A stretch of 64,000 nucleotides of DNA, from NCBI GenBank assembly GCA_017654855.1, contig CM030332.1, forward strand, positions 6,076,001 to 6,140,000, in the 5' to 3' direction. Every line of letters begins with the position of its first letter. Within the stretch, counting starts at the first letter, position 1. The translations under genes were made by a program, and so were the position numbers. This document shows, piece after piece, positions 34,334 to 46,672 of the stretch. This stretch comes from Podospora anserina. Its lineage: Eukaryota. The notes under the pieces were generated by a model that did not search any database, was not told the DNA's origin, and saw only the letters and a list, made by a program, of their open reading frames with translations.

Positions 34334-34713
34334 GTGAGTCTCGATATCACGACCGGCTTTGCGCTTCCCGCCAGGGAAAAGAAAAAAGCCAGATCGTTGC
34401 CCCTCGTCTGTTTTCCTATCGCACAACACAAGCACCCTTCTACCTTCACGAGAAACACCGTCACTTCGCAAGACGACCAGACAATCACTCAGGTGAACTC
34501 GCGTTCTTTTTCCACGACAATAAACCGAATCCTACGAGCACAATCGCTTCTTTGAGCTGTTGAGACTCGTCGACTTTGGACCCCCCAACCCCGCGCCAAA
34601 TCTCCCTTCTCTCCTACTCCTCCCCCAAACCAATCAATTCCGCACACCGGAAACATTTATACCCCACTTGGCCCCCCTCGAAAGCAACGTCAACTAACTC
34701 GACCTGTCTCTAG
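34334..34713 (+). promoter_or_regulatory. 380-nt 5'-UTR intron of SAM synthetase carrying motifs shared with the MTD1 5'-UTR intron
   Basis: AAG|GTGAGT donor 34334, second possible donor CAG|GTGAAC 34493, ACTAAC branch ~34693-34698, TAG acceptor 34711-34713, 33 nt before the ATG. Confidence 0.75.
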
Positions 34714-34746
34714 ACACTTCCCCTCCTCTCTACATAATACCTCACA

Positions 34747-36090
34747 ATGGCTGCCAACGGTACGAACGGCTCCAACGGCGCCAATGGCGATGCCAGCGGC
34801 ATCAGCGGGTGGAAGCACTACAACGAGGGTACCTTCCTCTTCACCGTGAGTAGACCCAACAAGGGCCACAGCATTCCGAGCCTTCCAATGCTGACCGCCC
34901 TTTACAGTCCGAGTCCGTCGGTGAGGGTCACCCCGACAAGATCGCCGATCAGGTTTCGGACTCTATCCTCGATGCCTGCCTGGCCGAGGACCCCCTCTCC
35001 AAGGTCGCTTGCGAGACTGCCACCAAGACCGGCATGATCATGGTCTTCGGCGAGATCACCACCAAGGCCAAGCTCGACTATCAGAAGATTGTCCGCAAGA
35101 CCATCAAGGACATCGGCTACGATGACTCCTCCAAGGGCTTCGACTACAAGACCTTGAACCTCCTCGTCGCCATCGAGGAGCAGTCCCCCGATATCGCTCA
35201 GGGTCTTCACTTGGATGACCGCCTCGAGAACCTCGGTGCTGGTGATCAGGGTATCATGTTCGGTTATGCCACCGACGAGACCCCCGAGCTCTTCCCCCTC
35301 ACTCTCCTCTTCGCCCACCAGCTTAACGCTGCCATGTCTGCCGCCCGCCGCGATGGCTCTCTCCCCTGGCTCCGTCCCGACACCAAGACCCAGGTTACCA
35401 TTGAGTACAAGCACGACAACGGTGCCGTCGTCCCTCTCCGCGTCGACACTGTCGTCGTCTCTGCTCAGCACAGCGAAGACATCACCACCGAGAAGCTCCG
35501 CAAGGAGATCCTCGAGAAGATCATCAAGAAGACCATCCCCGCCAAGTACCTTGATGACAAGACCATCTACCACGTAAGTTTTCTAATTTATGAAAAGCAT
35601 CTTTTGGGCAAATCCTAACAGATTCTAGATCCAACCCTCTGGTCTCTTCATCATTGGTGGTCCCCAGGGTGATGCCGGTCTCACTGGCCGCAAGATTATC
35701 GTCGACACCTACGGTGGCTGGGGTGCCCATGGTGGTGGTGCCTTCTCCGGCAAGGACTTCTCCAAGGTCGACCGCTCCGCCGCCTACGTCGGCCGCTGGA
35801 TCGCCAAGTCCCTCGTCGCTGCCGGCCTCGCCCGCCGTGCTCTTGTCCAGCTCTCCTACGCCATCGGTGTCGCCGAGCCCCTCTCCATCTATGTCGATAC
35901 CTACGGCACCTCGGAGAAGAACTCTGATGAGCTCGTCGAGATCATCCGCAACAACTTCGACCTCCGCCCCGGTGTCATTGTCAAGGAGCTCGACCTTGCC
36001 AAGCCCATCTACCTCCAGACTGCCAAGAACGGCCACTTCGGCACCAACCAGAGCTTCACCTGGGAACAGCCCAAGGCTCTCAAGTTCTAA
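34747..36090 (+). CDS. SAM1: S-adenosylmethionine synthetase (MAT/MetK; Neurospora eth-1 type); introns 34846-34907 and 35574-35628
   Basis: [65 protein letters not shown]; strong codon bias. Confidence 0.98.
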
Positions 36091-38858
36091 GTGGGATATA
36101 GTATCGCAGAAGATTCAACTTCTTGCTGCAGATTCAATCTCATATAAGTCTATGGACAATTCCTTTTTCTCCTCTTTCTCTTCCTATTTCTGGCATCTCT
36201 ATGGATAAAGCATTACTGGCGTACGGTTCTCAACAAACCTGGGTGGGCGGATAGACATATATCCATGTGATTTTCTGCTTGTTTATTTTGGCGGTAACTG
36301 TATGGGAACGCTTATAGCGTGGTTTGGGTCATAGTGATGGTCTCGGAGTTTTGACGAACACAAAAAGGGTCGCCGCGGCAAAAGCGGTGTTGGGCGGCGG
36401 CGGTACAGGCGTCTTTCAACAAAGACATTTGCATGAGCCAAAAAGGCCAAAAGGTTTATGACATTTGCGATACCCCATGGGGCTAACGGCATTTGAGGAA
36501 AGCACATCGGCGTTTGGGGGAAAACAAAAGAACTTCAACATCTTTTCTTTTCCTTTATATTTAGACGCTGAACCGTCTTTTTGGCTTGGGCTGGGAAGTA
36601 TGGGGACTAAGGCAACACTTAGAGAGATCTCGAGCCCGTGGACTTTCGCAGGACCAGGGCGAGGAAGATGTAGGGTCGCTCTCGGGGGAAACAACGAGCG
36701 AGTGAAGGTTGGGGAGGTACCTAATAGATTCAAGGGAGGGGGAGTAGTTAGCATTGTCTTCTTTGACACCCAATGAAGAGCTAGCCTTGATCAATCATGC
36801 TGCTACGGCAATGTCCGTGAATGAGAAGTCCCAAGTATTGTGCCTGCTTGTTCCACGTGTCGAGGACATTGATGTTCTCGGGGCAGATTAGATCGAGCCA
36901 TGCCGACGGGCTCGAGGGACAAAGAAACGTGAGCACAAGCTCTCGCATAGAGCCGAGACATCACTTGGACCCTGTGTTGTTTGACCACCTACCCATGGTG
37001 TCTGAGACAGAAAGACGGCCGAGGTTCAACGTCTCTTGATCTCATCGTAGCGACGCCGGAGATGTTTGTCAATGCTGTAGGAGGGCACAGGCTGTTTGTC
37101 ACGGCACCATCCATCCATATCTCTGGGAGCCGAGTTGGTTGGAATTTGTTTTAGCCCCGAGTTTGCTGCATTGATCTGCGAGATGTGTTTTGGCGTCTGC
37201 TTCAGCACTGTTGGACCCAAGATATCGAATCTCATACCACGGGCCCATCAAACAAATAAAATGCGGTTCCTGAGCGGAGTGCCCATGGTAGCATCAGCAA
37301 TGATTAGTGGTGCACCACACATCCACTGTGATTTGTTGTGCAGCAACCTTCAAGTTGAAATGAGGTGCACCTTTTATTCGGAAAGGATGGGTGCATCATC
37401 CACCCAGTCACCCAGTCGTGCTCAAGCTAACCCCGGAAGCCCCCCTTTGCTGTACTCCGAACCTGCATCTAGGATGCAGCTACTATTCCACTGCTTCAAG
37501 CTGTGTGTGCTCCATCCCCGAGGTACACTCCGCAGTCTGAATGCATTTCATGTTCAAGGATATATCTCAAACAAGGCTATCTCGGCCCATTCTCTTCATA
37601 AATACTCTGCCAAGAGTCGGCCAAACAAACACGGGCTCGTCCCGGAGTCTCGTTAGACAGCCAGCGGTTCGGAGCAGCACGCGTCCTTCCTCTTCCCTCC
37701 ATCACGACCAGGGCTCACGGACTCGAGTCCTCCTCGGGCGAGACCAAAGTGGAGGAAGGTGCGAAATAAGCGACGCCATCACCACCTGGAGTAATACTGG
37801 AGCCGGACAATTTGATGAGCGGAGCCGAGGTCACGGCTGCGAGTTCCTGTTCCATTTTCTTTTCCAACTTTTTTTTTGACACACCCCGATCGATCTGCGA
37901 GGAAGGAAATCAGGAACGGGGGAAGGCTGTGGGGCTCATTCAGCAGGTTGCACGCACCCCCACCTCCTGCCATCACCAGCGCTGCGAAGCTCGAAGTTCA
38001 CCGTTGGACAGCTGGGGTGACGGCAGTGACTGCTTGGCCCCGGTCACTTCCTGTTGCATCCATCTTTTAGTGCCTGCCGGCAATCTCCAATCTCTCTTCT
38101 TGATTGCCCTGCACTTTTTTTCTTCTCGTTTTCTTGCTGATGGTAACGCGACTTCTCTCCCATCTCACTCGTTTCGACATCTCTGGCCCAGTCGCCCTCA
38201 CTGTCGTGTTCGCCGACGCTTCGCCAACTGCGCCCCGGTTCCGCCCAAAGCCGCGTTTTTGTCGACATCGCACGATCCGCTCCCACTTACACTCGCTACG
38301 CCACTATTTACACACGAGTGGTGATCCGCCGGCTCTCCATGGCCAAACCTTGCCAGACGCCAATGCCGTCAGTCTAATCTGTCAAGTTAGAGGCTACCAG
38401 TCTGCGACGAGGGCCCGTCCCGTGCTGTGATTTACCCTTTGGCCATTGCCCACACGTTGCTCCGTCCGACGTGCTCCCGCCACATTGGAAGCTCAAGCCA
38501 GCCAGAGTCCTCGGGTATTTGCAGCCCGAAAGCCCACCGTGTCGCATCTCTGCTTCCCCCTTTTCGGACCTTTCTGGTTGCACCACCGACACAGTACTCG
38601 CCAAACGGTACACGTACGGTTACTATTTTGCCAGGGCAAGGCACGTAGCGTGTGCTACTGCTGCCCGGGCGTTGCGGCCAGGAAGTGTCAGTGTTGGGGT
38701 CAACAGGCGGTTGGTTGGGTGAGTGAGAGTGAGCGTGGTGTTGGTCGTGGGCGTCACTTCCTCCGCATCCGGTCCCCTCCCGCATAAATACACACCAGCC
38801 CCTAGCAACAACCGCCCAAACGACTGCTGAATCTCCGCTCGGGAATCGATTGTCCGCC

Positions 38859-41851
38859 ATGGCTTCCATGGAGGCCGCAAACGCTCGCTATCACAATGGC
38901 CATCAACAGCAGCAGATCGGCGGCCCGCCCCTGCCCGCTTCGCCTACTCTAACGAACCCTGATATGATACTGCCGGACGAGATTGATCAGAGCTACTCCC
39001 CCGAAAAAGATCTTGACGGCCGTGGCCACTCGCCGCTCGGCATGTGGAAGGGCACACACGCAGCTGCGATATCTGCCGACATGCAACACATATTTTCAAC
39101 TAATTCGGGAGGGAGCACGGGGGGTCTGTCTTACGGCCTTAACGCACCAGCAACGCCGACGACACCTATTATATATGGCAACGGAACCATGCTGTCGGAC
39201 ATTGGGGAGGTTACGGAGGTGGAAAGCACGCCGGGGAAGCCGTCTCCAACGCGAAACAAGGGTCGAAGGGCGACATCGCTCACACGTCGAACCGGACTGG
39301 ATGCCACGCTGCGATCCTCCCCTACAATAGGAGCAACATCGGCCATGCAAAAGTCGAAGCAGATTGCCGCAGTCACACGTGAGCGCAGAGCCAGCATGGA
39401 GAGTACGAGTACGATAACAACGGAGAATCAGGCCGGATTATTCGCCGACTTTGACGATTCCGCTAGCGTGGAGGACAGCGTCTTTCAAGGGGATGATGAG
39501 GAAAGCACCGCCTCCTCTTACCACGAGGGAAGGCTGGCTGTTGATCCTGACAGGTTAGGGGTAACCAGGATGACCAGCATGGATCGACTCAGCACTTATT
39601 CGACAAGCTCTTTGAGCCGGCGGGCCGAGGAGATTCTGGCAAATGCGAAACAGCGGCTCACGGTATGTTTGGGAGGGAAAAGGTGCTTAGAGATGACCTG
39701 CTGACTAGATTCTAGACGATGGAAAGTAACTTGACTCGTGCGCGAAGCTCTTTACACAACAACGCATACGGGTCTGACGGTTCGACGCCGTCACCACCAT
39801 TTCAAAGAGCCGCAACAGTAGCGCAACCACGAGATGCGGCCACAATCATCGCTTCAGGTGCTGCCGCGATTTCAAACCAGGCTTCTTCTGGACACACGCG
39901 AATATCGAGTGACATTGCTATGCGCAACGGGCTGCCATACCGGGTCGCTGTACCGAGGTCACAAAGTGCTATGGGTGTATCAGGCGGATATAGGCAACCT
40001 CTGGTCATGTCACGCAGCGCCGATCAAATTCGTGAGGAGATCGATGATGAGCACGGCCGTCCGACATACAATATTCCGCCAGCCAAGAAACCAGGTCCAC
40101 ACGCTCTGACGGAAGATGAGGTTGCCCAACTCGAAGGCCCGGACAATGAAAGTCGAAGCGCCAGGATAGAGGAGTTTCTCAGTCCCACCTCTGGGTCGTT
40201 TAGCAGCAACGAAAGCCGAAGGAATTCTCTGCTGCGATCCACCTCTTCTGCTCAGATGCGAGATATCAAGGATCAAATGAAGGATCTTAAGGGGAAAATC
40301 TCAACATTACGCGAGCAAGCCCGAGCAGACAATCTCAAACGACGGAGCTTGCAGAGCCTCAGAACGCCGAGTCCGTTCACGTATTCGCAAATGGACCAGT
40401 GGTACACGGAACCCCCTTCCAACAGGAACTCGATCGCTCTGACAGGCAGCGTATCGGGGAGGAACCCCTGGAATGGAGAAGAGTCTGATCTTGATGGCGA
40501 TGTCAAGGACAATGCTCAAGTCAGTCTCAGGGGTAGCCACCTGGATGACGTGACGGGTATTTCTCACGGCACACAAACACAAGGCGAACTAGACCTGGAC
40601 GACTACCGGGCCTTGGAGACGGACGATCCCATGCATACTGCACGCGAGGAAGTGAGTCCCGATGACGACGATGTCTCGGACATGCTCACAGAGAACGGTG
40701 ACGTGGATGACGAACAACTAGAAGACGAATTCCAGGACGCCGACGAAGATATCAAGAGCGAAAGTGGAGAATCACTGTATCACGATACTGTCCAACACCA
40801 GATCTCCCACGAAGATCGCGAGGACGCATTTGATTACGAGCATTTCTTCCTGCATAGCGCTATGGGCACCATGAGCCGCCAAAAGCTGGAGAGACGAGGC
40901 AGTGTAGACAGCTACACGTCAGAAGATTCGGTGGAAACCACGAGAGGCCCCACGAGGACGGACGACTACAGCGACAGCCCTAGCAAGTCCCTATCTCCCA
41001 TGAGCAGGCGGAACAGTAGGGATTCTGTTTCGACAGTAGATACCTTCGCTACTGCCGAAGAGGCTAGGTCACGCAAGTCACCGGTCACACCAGAAATGGG
41101 CTATGGCTCGGATGGCACGTTTCCCGGCTTCTCTAGGATATCTATATCCCCAGATCGCAACAGAAGTCGATCTGTCAATTCTGTCAGGACAAAAAAATCA
41201 TCATTCAGCGCCGGGAGTTCTCACCATGCCTCGGGATCTGGGGCAACCCATCCGCATATGGCTGGGGATAGCGACGCTTCCATTTCATCGATACCAGAGG
41301 AGGGTTCGGAGGGAGGCGCACATCAAACTCCACGGCAACCGATTCTCAGGAGGCCCACGTCTGTTTCCGCATTCTCATCTCTCCATCGACCATCCGTAGC
41401 ATCACTTGACTCTCAAGGGACCAACCGGAGCTTTCCACTAGTTCCCAGCAGCAAAACAAAACGAGCCAGCAGCAGTGGCATGCTCACACCCAGTGACTCA
41501 CCCGATCACGAACTCAAAAGTCTTTCTGAGAGTTTGATGAGTGAGACGGCCAGCGTCTATGAGCAAGCGAAAGCCGGTGGCGAATCCAGCATCGGTCCCA
41601 GGGCGAGGGCTGCCAGTGTAGCTAGCACCTTCACCGCTGGAGGCCTTGGCCTGCCTAGGGAAAAGGCCAAGCCGCTGCAGGAGCTGCTCAGGGAGGATAA
41701 GTTCCTCGTGGAGAGGCTTGTGGCAAACTTGGGCAAGTGTGTGCTGGGTCTGACGGAGAATGGGAGGGCGAGCATGGAGAGCAGGCAATTCAGGCGGAGG
41801 ATCGAGGCTGCGAACCGGATATTGGAAGGGTTGGGGGAGCCACCCGAGTGA
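38859..41851 (+). CDS. Large Ser-rich hypothetical protein (~979 aa); intron 39663-39715
   Basis: Two long ORFs joined in frame by a GTATGT…CTGAC…TAG intron; ordered-looking islands SPTLTNPDMILP, AEEILANAKQRLTTMESNL, HEDREDAFDYEHFFLHSAMG. Confidence 0.85.
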
Positions 41852-42022
41852 AGAGAATTGTGTCGCATGATGAGCACGACATTGCATTCATCATTACTAG
41901 ACACGCGAGCATCTGGCATATTCTGGAAACGCTGTTTGAATGGGTGGCTCGCTCAGCTCTGTCACCATAGCCCGGCGATGCTGGTCGCTTTGGTGGCACT
42001 GTGTCGTTGTGTGAGTGTGTAA

Positions 42023-42056
42023 GGCATGGCATGGCATGGCATGGCATTGGCATGGC
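42023..42056. repeat. (GGCAT)n pentanucleotide microsatellite in a 3' UTR
   Basis: Five perfect units plus a degenerate tail. Confidence 0.85.
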
Positions 42057-43084
42057 TTTGCGTCGGGACGACGAACGACAAATGAAACATGAACGGACGA
42101 AACGGACGTACTTGAAAAGTTTTATATACACAAAAGCGGATGGGTTTTATTGGTGGTGGTGGGATCATTATCTTGGGGAGGGGAGAGGGAAGGTGTGAGG
42201 AGAGGTTGTGCTGTTGTGTTGCGATATCACTTTTTAATGCTTAATGGAAAAGCATACAGCGGATGTTTCTTTTTTTTCTCTTCACTTCGATATAAGGATG
42301 TGGTGGGTGCTGGGTGATTCTGCCCTCACCCCTGATAGCTTGTGAGACTTGGTGTCTGAAGATTATCATTTCTTTCTTTTGTTTGTTGCTGTTGTTTGTG
42401 GTGGCGGATATTCTTGTACATGGTATTTTAAGAAGATGTTGGTTTCGATACCCCTTTGTTCTTGTCTTTTTGTGTTGACGTTTAGAAATATGATAGGTTA
42501 ACGTATAAAGATTACTTTTTGATATGGAGGTATAGTTTCAATAAGAGATAGGATATGGGATTGAGTTGTAACATATGATGTAAAAGAAAAATAAATGAAA
42601 AAATGGAGAAATGGAAAAAAGAATGGAAAAAAAAAACCAAAGGCACGCAAGATAAGCTCGACAGTGGCCCTGCCCAGTTTGAAAAGACCAAAAAGCAAAG
42701 ATTTAATTGAGTTGTATTCTTATTATGTACCTAGCTAGGTGGTGATGCCTCATGTCTCACTTGGCTGTGGAGAGAATGGAGGTAATGGGAAAACAGGCGA
42801 CTTTTTCAGCTGAGCAACTCTTCATTCAAGCCAAAGAGAAACGACATGTTCTGAGAAAGAAGAAACAACACAGTGATTTGATGCGTTTTCCATTTTACTC
42901 TATGAATCTTTGACGACCACTGATGATGCGGTCTTCTATAACATCACAGGACTCCCGGTCGTCCCCCTTTTACAAACTTTCCTTACACTCGCAACTTTTC
43001 GATACGCATAGCTTCTTGCTCACGATCAAAACAGAGAAAACACCAAAACAAAAACAAAACAAATCCTCACAGATAGCGGGAAAT

Positions 43085-44197
43085 CTAGTCATCCTTGAAA
43101 GCCCCCTCCCTCGCCTTTTGCGCATCATCACTCGTCCCCTCCTGCCGTGGGCTGTTGGCGATAAGCCGCTACACATCACCACCGTCAGTCCATACAAGCT
43201 ACCAAAACCAAAGGGCTTAAAGGGGTCTACTTACCACCAAATTCCTCAACAACACCGCAATAGTAACCTTGCCAATGCTCGGCACATAAATACTCGCCTT
43301 CTCCTTCACCGCCGGCCCGTCAAAGTTCCTGAAGCTGCTAAAGTTGATGCAGACCACGCCTTCTCTCAGCAACTCGGTCGGCACCTTGAACTTTTCAGTC
43401 GGGACGCCACCAATAACTACATCCGACAGAGGCAAGACGTCGTTGAGAGTGAGGTCGGGCTTGTCGACGACTTGGTGGCGCAGCGCCTTGATGCCGGACC
43501 CGCGGGTGAAGAGCTGGACGCCGGTGATGTCGACCGAGTAGACTGTCGCGCCGTCGTTGGCCAGCAGGGCGGCGAGGGGGCGGCCGTTGACTTCGCTGCG
43601 GTTGATTACCGTGATTGTCTTTCCGTAGAGGCGGTTTCCATAGGCGAGGATGGGGTTGTAGATTTGGAGGTGTTCCAACGCTTTGACAATCGCCAATGGG
43701 GTGCAAGGAAGGATGGACTTTTTGAGATTGGCAGGGGGGTCGAGGAAGCGAACGTTGTGGTACATGTTGAAGAGGTGGGTGTGGCAGAGACCTTCAACAT
43801 CCTTGGCGAGGGAGACGGTCTCCTGGATGTAGCGGTCCTGATGGCCTTGGTTGGCGGGCCAGATGGGGTAGTAGACGAGGATACCGTCGACTTCGGGGTC
43901 GTTGTTGGCGGCGATGATGGCCTCCTCGAGGGACTCCTTGTCTACCTTTACCAGGTTGAACGAGAAGCCTTGTTCTTCGCAGGTCTTTTTGGACCATTCG
44001 GCGTACTGGTAGGCGTGGGGGTCGTCATTGGCGAGGAAGGCGGACAGGGTTGGGCGGCGCGGGAGTTGGATGGCCGAGAGGGTGGATTGGACTTCGGCGA
44101 GCATCTTTTTAGCGATGGTGTCGGCGAGGATCACTTTGCAGGTTTTGGGGGGTTCGGAGGGGGCCCCCTGGGGGACGGCGGCCTTGGTGGAAGCCAT
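43085..44197 (-). CDS. MTD1: NAD-dependent methylenetetrahydrofolate dehydrogenase; intron 43234-43169
   Basis: VDGILVYYPI, KDVEGL, KSILPCTPLAIVKALE, TVINRSEVNGRPLAALLANDGATVYSVD, YVPSIGKVTIAVLLRNL. Confidence 0.95.
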
Positions 44198-44219
44198 GAT
44201 CGTGTGAAGGTTCGGTGAT

Positions 44220-44443
44220 CTGGACAGAAGGGTTAGTCGGGGTTGTCACTTTGGTGAGGAATTGGGCCTGTCAAGGGGATGTGAAGCTATTAAGATCCCA
44301 ATGATATCAGACGAGGGGCAGTGGCCGTAGAGGTGCCAGTTCGCGCATCGTGAATCCGTACCCCGCGATGCCCCACTACGAGGAAGCAATGATTTGCGAT
44401 TGAGCTTGAAGAAAGCGCAAGGGATTTGTGAAATCGCACTCAC
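44220..44443 (-). promoter_or_regulatory. 224-nt 5'-UTR intron of MTD1 carrying motifs shared with the SAM synthetase 5'-UTR intron
   Basis: Minus strand: AAG|GTGAGT donor at 44443, GACTAAC branch 44238-44232, CAG acceptor ending 44220, 22 nt before the ATG. Confidence 0.8.
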
Positions 44444-45230
44444 CTTGTTGTGATATGGCCTCGGTATGGGTATGAGAGAGGTTTGATCCCTGACTCACTG
44501 AGAGTGGCAGAATAACCGGCGGTTGTCGGAAGCGATCACCATGGATCTGTCTTTTTCCATACCGTTTCACTCTCAACTCAACTTGTCAAAAAATTTCACA
44601 CTCTTGGATACGCCTAGAGTTTTGGCGTACCGAAAATCGCAGTATGGGCCCCACCGTTTCCTGTAAGGCTAAAAAACCCATGCGCGCCTGTCATAGACGA
44701 GGGGTCCCTTGCCGATGTCGAGACGTTGCAGCATTGCGTAAAGTCCTAGTGTAAGAATATCGAGAGTAATTCACGCAATGCCTGTGGGCATTCTGAAGGG
44801 AACCGACACTTTCCGAGGCCACCCGATTCCTACCGGTGATGATCTACTTCCAGTAAATGCTTCTCGAGTCCAGATCCCTTCCACTTCCTGAGCAAGGCCC
44901 AATGACGAGCAAGTCCGTGGGAGAAAACGTGGTGGATATGTTCTGGACGGGACCGTCGGAGATAAGGTCAGCAACGTACCCTAGACCAGCGTATCCAGAA
45001 CCACAGGCATGAGGACCCTTCTGTGGAGAGATTCGCGAGACGGCTATGGTATTGGAGCGAAATGGATGAAGGGAACAAGAAAGGGGAGGTGATGAGACGC
45101 TCGAGGTTATAAACAGTCGTGTCTGCCCGTCTGCCACTCTCATCTCTGTGTCTTCACTTCATCAGCCTCTCTCTCCGTCAGCGTTCTTGTCTTACCGGCC
45201 TTCTAATAACTAATTCTCTCCACTTTCACA

Positions 45231-46094
45231 ATGGGTTACGACTCCGATTCCGAGAAGCTGGCGCAAATCATCGCCCAGACCCAGATTCAGCCAAGAAAGA
45301 AGAATTGGGGCAACCCAGCACCACTGTTCGTGATCCAAGAAAACGGCTTCAAAGATCCCAAAAGACCTAGTCTTGGCTAACTTAACCTTAAATCTCAGTG
45401 CCTTGGCAGGGCTAGTCTTAACCTTGACGCCGTTGTCCTGTCAGTTGATGGGATGGAGAGGATCTGATCCCAATGGGTTTGCCAACAACGGCGCCCATTT
45501 CTTCTGCGGTGGTCTGCTCTTGTTCCTCGGCGGTCTTCTCGAGTTCTTCCTCGCTCACACCTTCGCCTTCGTCGTGTACTGCGCATATGGTACGTTTTTC
45601 GGCAATCCACCACAAAGTGGAATGCAATGTTGGATCTAACGAAAACGCTAGGCGGTTTCTTCTTCGCCCTCGGCGCGACACTCACCCCTGGCTTCGGCGC
45701 GGAGACCCCGTATATGAAGTCGGGCGTCCTCGGAGCCGAGTTTTACGCCAGCTTCGGCTTCTTCTACCTCTTCGTCGGTCTTCTGTCGTTCGTATTCCTC
45801 ATCTGCTCGTTGAGGACGAACCTCTGTCTCGTCATTCTGTTCCTCGCCTATACGGTTGCCTTCCCTCTACTCGCCGCTGCCGAGTGGGCCCATGCCGAAG
45901 ATCGACTGGCTCTTGCTCACAGACTGACTGTCGGCGGCGGTGCTGCTTGCTTTGTCGTCAGCGCTTGCAGTTGGTGGGCCATGATCGGGGGGTTACTGCA
46001 ATCGGTGGACTGGCCCTTTGACCTTCCCATGGGAGATTTGAGCCATATCATCCCTGCGGCGAGGAAGGAGGTGGACGTGGAGAGGCTGGAATGA
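45231..46094 (+). CDS. Gpr1/Fun34/YaaH (AceTr) acetate/ammonium transporter family; introns 45326-45398 and 45590-45651
   Basis: GNPAPLAL signature variant, GGLLEFFLAHTFAFVVYCAYGGFF, LICSLRTN, LPMGDLS; about six hydrophobic segments. Confidence 0.88.
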
Positions 46095-46672
46095 GGTGGA
46101 TGGAGTTACAAAATGCTTAATTTAATGCCAAGTGCGGAGGGATGGAGTAAAATGTATTGTATTTTAGGAGGAGGTGTATTGTAATACTGTGGAAATAAAG
46201 TGATACCCAATCAACCAGAGCCGCCGGAATGCATCGGTTTTTTACTGCCCCTCCTACCCGTTGAGGTTTAGCGAAATTCAACTGCCAAGATAGCGTCATA
46301 ACTCTCGGTTCACCGCCCGTGCCCGTGGGTTTTACTGCCGCGGGGCAACGTGGGGCAGAGGGCGATAACGGCGTTGCTTGATGGGAGCAGCCAACGTGCT
46401 TGGAAATGCGCATTGGTGGGCGAATCATTCGAAGGATATTCATGATATAGGCCATCCCAATTCAATACCAAACCTGAAAGCACTCAGTTCCTATCAACGC
46501 TCACGGTCATTCTGTCAAGCTGTGCTTAAACACTCTCGTCAGCCCAAAAAACTTTGTCCAACATCAGCACTCGGAGCTTGGGCCATATCAACATTGAAGG
46601 CCGAAGCGGTGATTCCTAGAGAGCTTCCCAGGGCCTGGAGTTACTGTTCTGACAGAGAATTGCATTTCCAAA

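Noticed and set aside
34901-34911. TACAG 3' splice site in SAM synthetase as a METTL16-type methylation site
   Set aside because: The sequence continues TCCG rather than the UACAGARAA consensus, and no supporting hairpin was seen
42923-44218. 431-aa + strand ORF antisense to MTD1 (similar cases: 59587-60666 and 60736-61683 opposite VPS10, 34902-35573 opposite SAM synthetase)
   Set aside because: Shadow ORFs expected from strong C/G-ending codon bias of the real gene; no recognisable domain
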